A stretch of DNA of 64,000 nucleotides from contig OZ241867.1 of assembly GCA_965203175.1 (NCBI GenBank), positions 3,840,001 through 3,904,000 of the forward strand, written 5' to 3'. Every line of letters begins with the position of its first letter. Position 1 is the stretch's first letter. Below the pieces are notes generated by a model. That model was not told where the DNA came from. It ran no database searches and was given only the letters and a program-made list of their open reading frames with translations. The DNA comes from Candidatus Latescibacterota bacterium (GTDB lineage: Bacteria > Latescibacterota > UBA2968 > UBA8231). Shown piece by piece: positions 1-8,399 of the stretch. The position numbers and the translations under genes are program-made.

Positions 1-1823
1 ACGGCTAACACGTCGCCACCGTAGCGGAAGGTGGCGTTGCCCGGCTGTACTTGTTGCTTAATGCGGTCGGGATCATCGCTGTTGTATACCCAGCCGGCAA
101 ATTCAGTGCCGAAGCGCAGGACCGGCACTTGGAAGGCGACCTCCACCTGCTTGAAGCGATCAGTCTCCGGATCTGACAGCTTGCGGTCTAGCGACACGAT
201 GAAGCGGTCGGTCAGCACTTGGGGAGGGAAGGCCGTTAGATCGACCTCTACGCCGCCGATTTTGACGTGATAGACGGTGTCAACTTGGGTATGGGTGCCG
301 ATTTCGAGTCGGTCAAATCCCGTGTCGCCGGTCTGGAAATCCGGACGCACCACGTACGTGAAGCGCTGGGAGCGGGCGTCATCGACTTCGATCGGCCAGA
401 TTTCGCCTAGTAGGGCGGAAGCCGACAGGGAGTGGGCTAGCTGAAACTGTAGTTCGTCGAGGCGAGGGGCCTCGGTTTCGGTGGCAAACAAGGTGATCTG
501 CAACTGCATATAGCGCCGTGGGGAGGGCGACTGGAGAACCGTGCCGTCGGCCCAAGCAGCCGTCTCCTGAGCGTGGTCGCGCAAGCCGTCCTCAAAGTCG
601 TAGGGAGGCGACCAAAAACTCCAGTGGTCGCGGTCGTATAGCGGGGGCTCGCGCTCGCGGACGGGCAGGCTGAAGTGTTCGTCAAAGCTAATTTCCTCGG
701 CTTCGCCGGTAATGGCGTTGGGCTCCCAGTAGATGTGGGGATTGTGGTCGGTGCCCGTGCGGGTGCGGATTTCGACTTGGGTGCCGGGGGGACGCTGGCC
801 ACTCCAGCGAATTTTGCCCCAGTTGATGGGTTGGCCAAAGTCGAGGATGTCGGTTATATAACGCGCTTTGCGCACAAAGCCTTGTCCGTAGATCTCTACT
901 TCGGCGATTTCCCAGTCGCGCACCGGGTCCAAGGCGCGGATGGCGACCCAGCGGATGTGTTGCAGGGGGAAGCGAAAGTCGACCACCACATCGAGGTTTT
1001 CGCGCACGCTGCGCAGAATGCTATAGGCCGAATCGTTGCTCACCCGATAGCCACCGAGGCCGGCCGAGGAGAGGACTTTGTGCCAGCGCAATCCTTTGGG
1101 GACCGCGAAGGCATCGTCGGCGATGGGAGCGCTGTTGTCGGCGATGCCTATTTCGTACCACTCGAGAAAGTTGGCGGCAAAGCTCTCTTCGCCAAATGTG
1201 TCGGGATCGGGTTTGGGCTCGGCCATGGCGGCGATGATATGGGCGTCTTCGGTCTTGCTGAGCCGGGGATAGAAGCGGATGCGATTGATGGGCATTTCAG
1301 CGCCGAAATTGGTAATGGTATTGTTGCGGAAGCCACGCCCCACCCCCGGAGGTGCCCCTATGCGCTGGACGAAGATGCGGAACATGGCCGTGGTGCGGTC
1401 GCCGTCGTAGGCCCGCAGAGTACTGGGCAGAGTCATACCCATGAAGGCCGAATTCTCGCCTTGGGTGACGCGGATATTGCCGCCCAGATCGTGAAAGGGC
1501 ACTTGGCTCTGGCCGTTTTGGTCCCAACTGACGATGTGGGTCAGGTTCAAGTTGGGGTCAACCCAAGACGGAGTCATGGCTCCATCGGCGTAGTTGATCA
1601 GAGTATCGGCCCCAATCCACTGGGGGGACGTGCCCACTGACTCGGTTTGTATGACTTGGCCGTCGGTGCCGTACACGGTGTAGAAGCCGCCTTCTTCGCT
1701 CTCTAGCGCGAGGGGGATGGTCCAGGGGTTGCCGTCCTCTCCGCCCAGCGCGAATTCGGCCCGATCGCCCAGCACTGGAGTCGCCAGCGCAATGAGCAGC
1801 CATAACATCCCGTGTTTTCTCAT
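1..1823 (-). CDS. Secreted discoidin-like/FlgD-Ig family protein, 3' end truncated by window edge (absent from ORF track)
   Basis: Manual translation from ATG at 1823: MRKHGMLWLLIALATPVLG (signal peptide) ...WEIAEVEIYGQGFVRKARYITDILDFGQPINWGKIRW...WSFWSPPYDF...SPSPRRYMQL...GEIWPIEV...FDRLEI; same motifs as paralogues at 26538-33288 and 40677-46511; frame open to the edge. Confidence 0.9.
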   Translation of the reverse strand, partial: MRKHGMLWLLIALATPVLGDRAEFALGGEDGNPWTIPLALESEEGGFYTVYGTDGQVIQTESVGTSPQWIGADTLINYADGAMTPSWVDPNLNLTHIVSWDQNGQSQVPFHDLGGNIRVTQGENSAFMGMTLPSTLRAYDGDRTTAMFRIFVQRIGAPPGVGRGFRNNTITNFGAEMPINRIRFYPRLSKTEDAHIIAAMAEPKPDPDTFGEESFAANFLEWYEIGIADNSAPIADDAFAVPKGLRWHKVLSSAGLGGYRVSNDSAYSILRSVRENLDVVVDFRFPLQHIRWVAIRALDPVRDWEIAEVEIYGQGFVRKARYITDILDFGQPINWGKIRWSGQRPPGTQVEIRTRTGTDHNPHIYWEPNAITGEAEEISFDEHFSLPVREREPPLYDRDHWSFWSPPYDFEDGLRDHAQETAAWADGTVLQSPSPRRYMQLQITLFATETEAPRLDELQFQLAHSLSASALLGEIWPIEVDDARSQRFTYVVRPDFQTGDTGFDRLEIGTHTQVDTVYHVKIGGVEVDLTAFPPQVLTDRFIVSLDRKLSDPETDRFKQVEVAFQVPVLRFGTEFAGWVYNSDDPDRIKQQVQPGNATFRYGGDVLA

Positions 1824-1861
1824 GCAGTTTCCCTATGGATGTATGCCTTTGGCGAAGAAAC

Positions 1862-1897
1862 AAAAAAAGCCCGTGTTCCAGCGTGGAACACGGGCTT
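1862..1897 (-). terminator. Rho-independent terminator / stabilising hairpin downstream of the WGRIK gene
   Basis: 14-bp perfect stem aagcccgtgttcca / tggaacacgggctt, 3-nt loop, T7 run on minus strand. Confidence 0.85.
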
Positions 1898-1947
1898 CTG
1901 AGAGTTGCCCTTTAGCTGGATTGAAGCGATTCCAGCGGAGATACGAC

Positions 1948-2874
1948 CTACTTAAAGCGGGCCTTAATGCGGCCCCAGCTGTCGTCTTCGACCGCAGTAG
2001 AAGCGACAAAGGCCGGATCCGGTTCGGCTAGGAACCAATCGTTGACGGACGAGCAGCAATTATCAAAGGTGCTCCAGTAGCCGCAGCAACCGGGGGTGCG
2101 ATAGTTGTTGAAATCGCCGTCGTTGTCGATCTGGACGATGGAAATGTGGATGATCTGACCTTCTTCCAGATCCCATACTTCCAGATCGTCGGGCTGGTAT
2201 CCGCCCTCTTGGCCCTTGGGGTACGAGCCTACGGGCGTGAGACCCATTTCGTAGTAATAGGTGCTCTCGCCGAATTCGTCGCCATCCCAAGTGTAGTTAA
2301 ATTCGAGCCAATCAGTGCCGGGCCATAGCCACTCAGTGCCGGTCAACTCGCCCGGCCGCAACCAGAACCAGTCGCCGAGGGTTGGGTGGACGGGCACCGA
2401 GAAGTTGTAGCGGGTATTGATGCCGATGTTTTCGTCGTTGATGTCGACGTAGCCGCCGTCATCGGCATAGGCGTCGTGGTTATAGGTAAACGACACCTCC
2501 CACGAATCGTCCTCGCTCCAGTGGCTGGTGCGGTCCATGTTGTGCTCGTCGTCAAAGGTCTGGGTGGCCATATAGATCTTGTTGTCCGTCTCGTTCCAGC
2601 CGACCCGGTGCAACATGCTGAAGTCGGTGACGTCCCAGTCGGCGTTGCTCCAGCCTTCGGGCACTAGACCACGGGCGTCGTTGAAGACCGAGTTGTCGAT
2701 GCCATAGGAGGCGGGCACTCCGTCCCAGTCGCCGTGATTGCCGTCAATGGTGGGGGTAGCCCCGTCGGGAAACTGGACGACAAACCAAACCGTGCCGGCA
2801 TCCCAGTGCGCTTGGCCCGTATTGGGCAGGGCCGCCAAGGCGAGAACTGCAAAGAGAATAGCAATGCGCTTCAT
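1948..2874 (-). CDS. Secreted CBM9/DOMON-like protein with C-terminal WGRIK motif (308 aa)
   Basis: RBS AAGGAGG before ATG 2874; signal peptide MKRIAILFAVLALAALPNTGQA; PTIDGNHGDWD motif; ends TAVEDDSWGRIKARFK; paralogue of 33398-34327. Confidence 0.8.
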   Translation of the reverse strand: MKRIAILFAVLALAALPNTGQAHWDAGTVWFVVQFPDGATPTIDGNHGDWDGVPASYGIDNSVFNDARGLVPEGWSNADWDVTDFSMLHRVGWNETDNKIYMATQTFDDEHNMDRTSHWSEDDSWEVSFTYNHDAYADDGGYVDINDENIGINTRYNFSVPVHPTLGDWFWLRPGELTGTEWLWPGTDWLEFNYTWDGDEFGESTYYYEMGLTPVGSYPKGQEGGYQPDDLEVWDLEEGQIIHISIVQIDNDGDFNNYRTPGCCGYWSTFDNCCSSVNDWFLAEPDPAFVASTAVEDDSWGRIKARFK

Positions 2875-2941
2875 GAACCAACCTCCTTTGGATGAGTTCG
2901 ATGAAATAGACAGAAGAAGTGTCTCGTTCCTGCGAATTTTA

Positions 2942-2970
2942 ATAATACAGTGAATGCGCTCCAAGCTCAA
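2942..2970 (-). promoter_or_regulatory. Candidate sigma70 promoter for the WGRIK gene
   Basis: TTGAGC-N17-TATTAT on minus strand in AT-rich intergenic DNA. Confidence 0.5.
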
Positions 2971-2992
2971 GCAAAAAGTGAGCAGGGTTCCG

Positions 2993-4933
2993 TTAGTAGT
3001 AGAGGGGGATGCGGTTGCCCACCATGCCGGTAAATGCGTCGATGACGAGCCAGACACCGCCGATAACGATGTGGCCCAAGGCAAGGCCCAAGAAAAACGG
3101 CAGGGTCTGGCGGTACAAACTCACGCCCCCGTATTTGAGCACCAAGCTCTTAAAGAGCCAAGCCAGAAAAAGAGTGAACCAAATCCCGTCCATTACCCGG
3201 CCGTGGCTCACCAAGAACCCGAGGGGATGGAAAGGCCACCACAGAAACTGATGCCGGGCCACAAGTAGCAGTCCCATAATCAGCCCTCCTCCGCCCATCC
3301 ACAAGTACCCGCTCAGGCTGGGACCGGTGGGATTAGTGATCTTTTCGAGGGCAAAGCGGGAGGGCTCTTCGGAGTAGTGTTGGGAAATGAGCAGGTTCAT
3401 CGAGCCGTAGCGGTAGGCGAGGTAAATGGTGAACCACGCCGACAGGACTAAGGCGATGACCATGGCCAATCCCACGGCCCATGTCAGGCGGCGCTGGCCG
3501 CTTTTCAGTTCGCTGCCGAGGCGCAGGCCGTGGGCCAAAGGAGCCATCATAAAGACCAACAGGTCGCCGCACCACACCATGGTGTAGCCGGTGGCGATCA
3601 TGCCCTTTACGCCCAAAGCTGGCACACCTACGCTGGACACGGCAAAGCCCGCCGGGATCATATTGGCCTTGAAGATCGGCAGCCCGGTTTCGGAAATGAC
3701 CCGGGCTAGGCCGATGAAGATGACCAAGCCAGCAAAGAGGAAAACCGGGACAATCCAAGGGGGGATGCCGGTCTGCCACAGCCAGAGCCACATGCCGGCA
3801 ATGCCACAAGCTGCGCCGCAGACAGCGGCCCGATAGGACATGATCTCGTCGCCGTCTTCTACCGGGGCGTCCCGGTGCCAAGCCTTTTGCAGGACCCGTT
3901 TGAAATGGGGCCGGCCTATCCATAGCCCCGAGAGGACCAAGACGATGAGGGCCCCCATCATCTGGTGCCCCATGCCCGGTTCGGTCCACCAGCCCAATTC
4001 GGCTTGGGTATCTTGCAAACCGTAGTAAAACAGCAGCCCCTCTTGCATCTGGTGCAGCAGATAAAAAAACCACAAGCTGAAGCCGATCTGAGTATTGATG
4101 AAATAACCAAAACCCAGCATGAGAAAATTGAGCCCAAAGGTCAGGAAAATACTCTGGCGAAATACATCGACGGAGGACCTGAGGACGACTTGGGGGAACC
4201 AAGGAAAGTAGTTGTGCAGAGCAAAAAAACTCATGAAGACCACTGGGATGGCAAAGCCGATCCACATGGCCCAACTGCGGAAGAAGGGCTTTAACAGCCG
4301 GCCTTGTGGATCGTCGGCCATCATGGCCAGCGGCACCTGCATAAGCGGGTAGATCAGGCGCTCGTGCTCGACCCACTGGCGGCGCAAAATGACGCTGAGG
4401 CAGGTCACGGCTAGATATAGGGAGCAGTAGAGCAGCAGCCAAGCGCCCAAAGGAGGAAGCCAATGTGCCCAAGGGATACCACTGCCGCGACTGGCTCCCT
4501 CGTAAAATTCTTTAACTGCTTCGGGGTTGGCTACTAAGATCCAGCTAGGTAGCCACGGATGAATTTGGCCGACCCAATCATTTTCCGGGGTAGCATAGTA
4601 GAAGGTGCCCGTAATCATGGGCATGAGCAGGCCGTTGACGCCTTTGGTGGGAATGGCAGCAGCCACCATCATCATGGTGAAGATAGTAATTAGCTCGCCC
4701 CGCTGGAGGGCCCAGCCGCGCCGACACCAGCCCAAGACTAGGTGAAGGGTCAGTAGCAGCACAAAAAACAGGAAAAACGCGATCGGGGTGGCCGAAGTCA
4801 GGGCCAGCGAAGTGCCTTGGATTAGCTGGCGTCCGTAGGGTGCGCCAATGGCAATGACGGCGCACAAGACGCAGCCGATGAAGATGCCGCGCCCGGTCAC
4901 GTGGGCAGAAAGAGGAGGTTGCGGACGCGACAT
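2993..4933 (-). CDS. DUF6785/DUF6784-like polytopic membrane protein (putative transporter), copy 1
   Basis: 646 aa, many TM segments; YYATPEN, LRRQW.EHERL.YPL, WWPFHPLGF, KYGG...PFFLGL motifs shared by six ORFs in the window. Confidence 0.8.
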   Translation of the reverse strand: MSRPQPPLSAHVTGRGIFIGCVLCAVIAIGAPYGRQLIQGTSLALTSATPIAFFLFFVLLLTLHLVLGWCRRGWALQRGELITIFTMMMVAAAIPTKGVNGLLMPMITGTFYYATPENDWVGQIHPWLPSWILVANPEAVKEFYEGASRGSGIPWAHWLPPLGAWLLLYCSLYLAVTCLSVILRRQWVEHERLIYPLMQVPLAMMADDPQGRLLKPFFRSWAMWIGFAIPVVFMSFFALHNYFPWFPQVVLRSSVDVFRQSIFLTFGLNFLMLGFGYFINTQIGFSLWFFYLLHQMQEGLLFYYGLQDTQAELGWWTEPGMGHQMMGALIVLVLSGLWIGRPHFKRVLQKAWHRDAPVEDGDEIMSYRAAVCGAACGIAGMWLWLWQTGIPPWIVPVFLFAGLVIFIGLARVISETGLPIFKANMIPAGFAVSSVGVPALGVKGMIATGYTMVWCGDLLVFMMAPLAHGLRLGSELKSGQRRLTWAVGLAMVIALVLSAWFTIYLAYRYGSMNLLISQHYSEEPSRFALEKITNPTGPSLSGYLWMGGGGLIMGLLLVARHQFLWWPFHPLGFLVSHGRVMDGIWFTLFLAWLFKSLVLKYGGVSLYRQTLPFFLGLALGHIVIGGVWLVIDAFTGMVGNRIPLYY

Positions 4934-5022
4934 GGGCTAGTTGGGATAGTGTGGAGGATGTTGGGCAATTCGCTGCGGATAGGCTACGGAGTTCTTTGCT
5001 AGATGCCAAATGCCGGGCGCAG

Positions 5023-6561
5023 TTACGGCTGGTGGAACTCTGGTTTTAACTCGTAAAAGTTGAGGTACTGCCCAGGGGCGAATTGGACCGAGCGGGGCCG
5101 GTAGCGCTCAAAAATCAGTTCGGTGGCGAACAGGTCCTGTTCCCGCGCCCAGATGTGGGGATTGTCGTAGGGAATAAAGGGCCGCTTGCGGGGGTCGCGG
5201 GGCTGCTCGGTCACATCGACATTGCCCAGCAGGAGGTACGTAGGTCGGCGTTGGAGGATGTACTGACCGTCGTGCTTTTCGTGGCCGGCCCAGCCCCGGC
5301 CTAGGCCCGACAGGTCGCGTCGGGCGATGTGCCGGTCGGTCAGGCCGAGCATATCGCGCACCTCGAGTTTGGAGTAATACGCCACTGCGCCAATGGGCAC
5401 GACGGCAATGCTAGCCCCTGCTGGCGCACTGGCGGCAAACCACTGGCCCACCCGGGTCCAGCGGGGAATTTCCACCTGTTGTTGAAATTGATATGCGCTG
5501 TAGTGCGACTTGAGGCGCGGCGGCGACCAGTGCGTATAGGCCCAAGTGCAGCCCAGCACTACCGCCAAGGCCACCCCGCTTTTGCGGGCTGCTAAAAAGG
5601 GCTGCACCAAGTCGGAGACACAGGCTGCGGCCAAGGCCGCAAACAGGGGCAGTGGGGCCAGCGCAAAGCGATACATAGGGAGGCCGTCCCCGCCCAGCCA
5701 CGCGACGGCCAGCCAGAAGAGCAACCAGCCGACGGCTACCAAGCGCATCCCGACCGTGCGGCGCAACAGGGCGAAAAGCGCCAGCCCGACCAACAGCAGC
5801 AAGCCCTCGTGATCGGCGGCGTAGTCGCGCAGATAGTCCAGCCCGCGCTGTATTTGGGCCCAGCCTCCCCCGGTTTTGGCGTAGTATGTATTGGGCAGCC
5901 AGTCCCCGTAGTACCAGCGGCGGAACCCCAAGAAAAGGGCGTACGGGCCACCGCCAACGAGGAGCCACGGCAGCCACGAGTGCCCCTCGCCCCGCTTGGC
6001 CCGCAAGAGTTGGTGGCAGCCTAAAACGAGTAAAACCAGCAGACCCTCCGGCCGGGCTAGGGTGGCGGCGGCAGTCAAACTAGCTGAGGTCCAGTAGCTC
6101 CCGGCCAAGGCGGTGGCAAAAGCAGCGGCAATCAAGCCGACAAAGAGCGCAGTCTCCATGCCCGAGGCGGCCCAACAGGCAAAAGAGCCGTTAAAGGCCA
6201 GCAAGGCCGGAGCGATCAAGGCGGTCAGCGGCTCAGCCCCGCACTGGCGAGCTAGCCAATAAGTGGTCGGGAGCGTCAGAATCGAACAGAACAAGCCGAG
6301 GGCACGGGCGGCTTCTAGCAGGTCGAAACCGCAGGCACCAAACCCGGCCAAAAGCAGGGTCCACAGCGGGCTAGTAAAGCCCTCGACGCGTTCTCCTGGG
6401 TTGAAAACCAGCCCGTGTCCGACGAGCAGATTGGCTGCGTAGCGCAAGCTGATAAAGGCGTCGTCGGAGACAAAATTGTAGCGCAGAACGTGGATGACAT
6501 GTAGCGCAATCAGCGCGACCAAAGCCCCAGCAATGAGGCGGTTGATAGGGGGCTGGAACAC
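5023..6561 (-). CDS. GT-C membrane glycosyltransferase (AftB/arabinofuranosyltransferase-like)
   Basis: DDAFISLRYAANL..GHGLVFNPGERVEGFTSPLW, SGMET, ARPEG, PNTYYAK, DMLGLTD motifs; multiple TMs. Confidence 0.75.
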   Translation of the reverse strand: MFQPPINRLIAGALVALIALHVIHVLRYNFVSDDAFISLRYAANLLVGHGLVFNPGERVEGFTSPLWTLLLAGFGACGFDLLEAARALGLFCSILTLPTTYWLARQCGAEPLTALIAPALLAFNGSFACWAASGMETALFVGLIAAAFATALAGSYWTSASLTAAATLARPEGLLVLLVLGCHQLLRAKRGEGHSWLPWLLVGGGPYALFLGFRRWYYGDWLPNTYYAKTGGGWAQIQRGLDYLRDYAADHEGLLLLVGLALFALLRRTVGMRLVAVGWLLFWLAVAWLGGDGLPMYRFALAPLPLFAALAAACVSDLVQPFLAARKSGVALAVVLGCTWAYTHWSPPRLKSHYSAYQFQQQVEIPRWTRVGQWFAASAPAGASIAVVPIGAVAYYSKLEVRDMLGLTDRHIARRDLSGLGRGWAGHEKHDGQYILQRRPTYLLLGNVDVTEQPRDPRKRPFIPYDNPHIWAREQDLFATELIFERYRPRSVQFAPGQYLNFYELKPEFHQP

Positions 6562-6564
6562 GGT

Positions 6565-6960
6565 TTACTCCCAATGGGCAAATGGGTTGGCGCAGGGGAG
6601 TTCGTAGGGGTCGTAGTAGGCGCGGTAGCCGACGGTCTTCGCCTCGTTGGCTCCATGCCAAAAGAAATCGCTCGACAGCAAAAACTGCTGGCCGAGCCAC
6701 GCCTCAGCCTGAGTATCGCCGGCACTGGCCCGGCGCAAAAGCGCGTGCTGGTTTCGCGCTAGCAGGTCTTGCGCGAAGCGGGCCAAGCCGTCCTCGTCTA
6801 TCCGTAGGTAGGGTAACAGGCGGCGTACGGTCGCAGCGGTTTGCTCAGTCCAAGGGTCGTCGGGACGGCGCGGGCGGTAAAGCCACCGTCCTAGGCCGAT
6901 GCCCAGCGACAGGGCGGCTACTGCTCCCAAGAAGGTGCGGCGCTTGTTCCAGATCGCCAT
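6565..6960 (-). CDS. Small twin-arginine (Tat-like) protein, probable partner subunit of the adjacent GMC oxidoreductase
   Basis: MAIWNKRRTFLG signal; C-terminal FLLSSDFF...YYDPY..PCANPFA; starts 5 bp after the GMC stop. Confidence 0.6.
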   Translation of the reverse strand: MAIWNKRRTFLGAVAALSLGIGLGRWLYRPRRPDDPWTEQTAATVRRLLPYLRIDEDGLARFAQDLLARNQHALLRRASAGDTQAEAWLGQQFLLSSDFFWHGANEAKTVGYRAYYDPYELPCANPFAHWE

Positions 6961-6965
6961 AGTTC

Positions 6966-8390
6966 CTACGCCAGCAGGTGATGGGCCGCCCACAGGGACA
7001 GAGCCGATAGGGTGAGGGTCGGGTTGGCTGGCGAACTAGTTGGGAAGGCTCCGCCGCCCAATACCAGTAAGTTGCGGACTTGGTGGTGGATCAGGCCGCG
7101 GTCAACAATACTGTGACGCGGGTCGGTGCCCATCGGCGTGGTGCCCAAGATGTGGTTCTCGGTGGGGGAAGGTCTCGGGTCGAAGTCAATTTTTTCTACT
7201 GGCAGGGGACGCAAAAGCTCGGGCAGGGCCTCTGAGAGTGCGTCAATGCCGCGCTGGGCGTACTCCGAGTGGTTCCGGTACACGGTTTCGGGTTGGGCGG
7301 AGTCGCCAGCAGCAATGCGGACGTGGTTGTGTGGCGCGGGTAAGTCCTCAAAGAGGAATTTGAGTACTAACCGCTGCCGCCACTTGCCCCGTTCCAAGCG
7401 CAAAGTGGGCACGTTCCACGATTCAATCAGACAGCCGGCCCGCTGCGACCGGTGTGGTCCGTCGTACAACATGTACCCGTGACCGGTGATGCTGGTGCTG
7501 CCTTGGAAGTTGGCGACTCCGTCGAGGTCGATGGTGGCGGTGACGGCGACTTGCTCGTGGAGAAATTTGCCCAAGAGCGGGTGAGACAAGCCCGAGCGCA
7601 GCAGAATGTGCGGATTGAACAAGGCATTGGCTCCCAAGACCACCAACTGGCCCTGCGCCTGGGCCTCGGTGCCGTCTTTTATGTAGCGGACGCCTCGGGC
7701 CGTGCGGCCGGTGGTTTCCACGCTCTGGACCGCGGCCTCCAGTAGCAATGTAACGCGGGGGTCGGCGTAGAGATGGCCCATTTCGTTGAGGACTGTAAAC
7801 TTGGCGTCTATGGGACATAAGTGGCACACCCCGCTGGCGCAGCAGGCGGGCCGCTGAGCCGTGGCCAAGCGAGCCCGGGCCGTGGGCTGGTGAAAAAAGA
7901 GCTCTGGATAGGCTTTTTTAAGTAGCTGGTCGGGTTGGGAAAAGCGGTGGGGGGGCTGGGGATAGGGCTGGCTTCGGGGTTGGGGGGACCCATCGTCCGG
8001 CCCGGAGACGGCCATGAGCGATTCGGCTTGGCAGTAGAATTCCTCCAATTCGTCGTAGCTGAGGGGCCAGTCAGTGCCTACTCCATAGGTGGATTGCAAC
8101 GCAAAGTCACTGGGCATCATGCGCGGCGTCACCGCCCACCAGCAGTTGGAGCCTCCGCCCAGAGCCGGCGTGTAGAACCACTGTTTGCGGCGGTGGCGAT
8201 TGACAAAAGTAGCCTGGGGAGACGTGCTGGCCGGCTGGCGGTGGCGCAGTTGCCAAGCATGGGTGTCGCGGCGGCCTCGCTCTAAGACCAAGATCCGGGC
8301 ATCGGCCCGGCACCGGGCCAGATAGACCGAGAGAAAGAACGAAGAGGCAAAGCCAGTGCCCACTACAATCAGGTCGTAGTCTTGGTCCAT
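6966..8390 (-). CDS. GMC family FAD oxidoreductase
   Basis: YDLIVVGTG FAD-binding start, LGGGSNCW, DWPLSYDELE, C..SGVCHLCP, HILGTTPMG, ANPTLT. Confidence 0.9.
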   Translation of the reverse strand: MDQDYDLIVVGTGFASSFFLSVYLARCRADARILVLERGRRDTHAWQLRHRQPASTSPQATFVNRHRRKQWFYTPALGGGSNCWWAVTPRMMPSDFALQSTYGVGTDWPLSYDELEEFYCQAESLMAVSGPDDGSPQPRSQPYPQPPHRFSQPDQLLKKAYPELFFHQPTARARLATAQRPACCASGVCHLCPIDAKFTVLNEMGHLYADPRVTLLLEAAVQSVETTGRTARGVRYIKDGTEAQAQGQLVVLGANALFNPHILLRSGLSHPLLGKFLHEQVAVTATIDLDGVANFQGSTSITGHGYMLYDGPHRSQRAGCLIESWNVPTLRLERGKWRQRLVLKFLFEDLPAPHNHVRIAAGDSAQPETVYRNHSEYAQRGIDALSEALPELLRPLPVEKIDFDPRPSPTENHILGTTPMGTDPRHSIVDRGLIHHQVRNLLVLGGGAFPTSSPANPTLTLSALSLWAAHHLLA

Positions 8391-8399
8391 GCGCTGGTC

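Noticed and set aside
675-1640. 321-aa plus-strand ORF
   Set aside because: Antisense shadow of the real minus-strand gene 1-1823, which has clear paralogues
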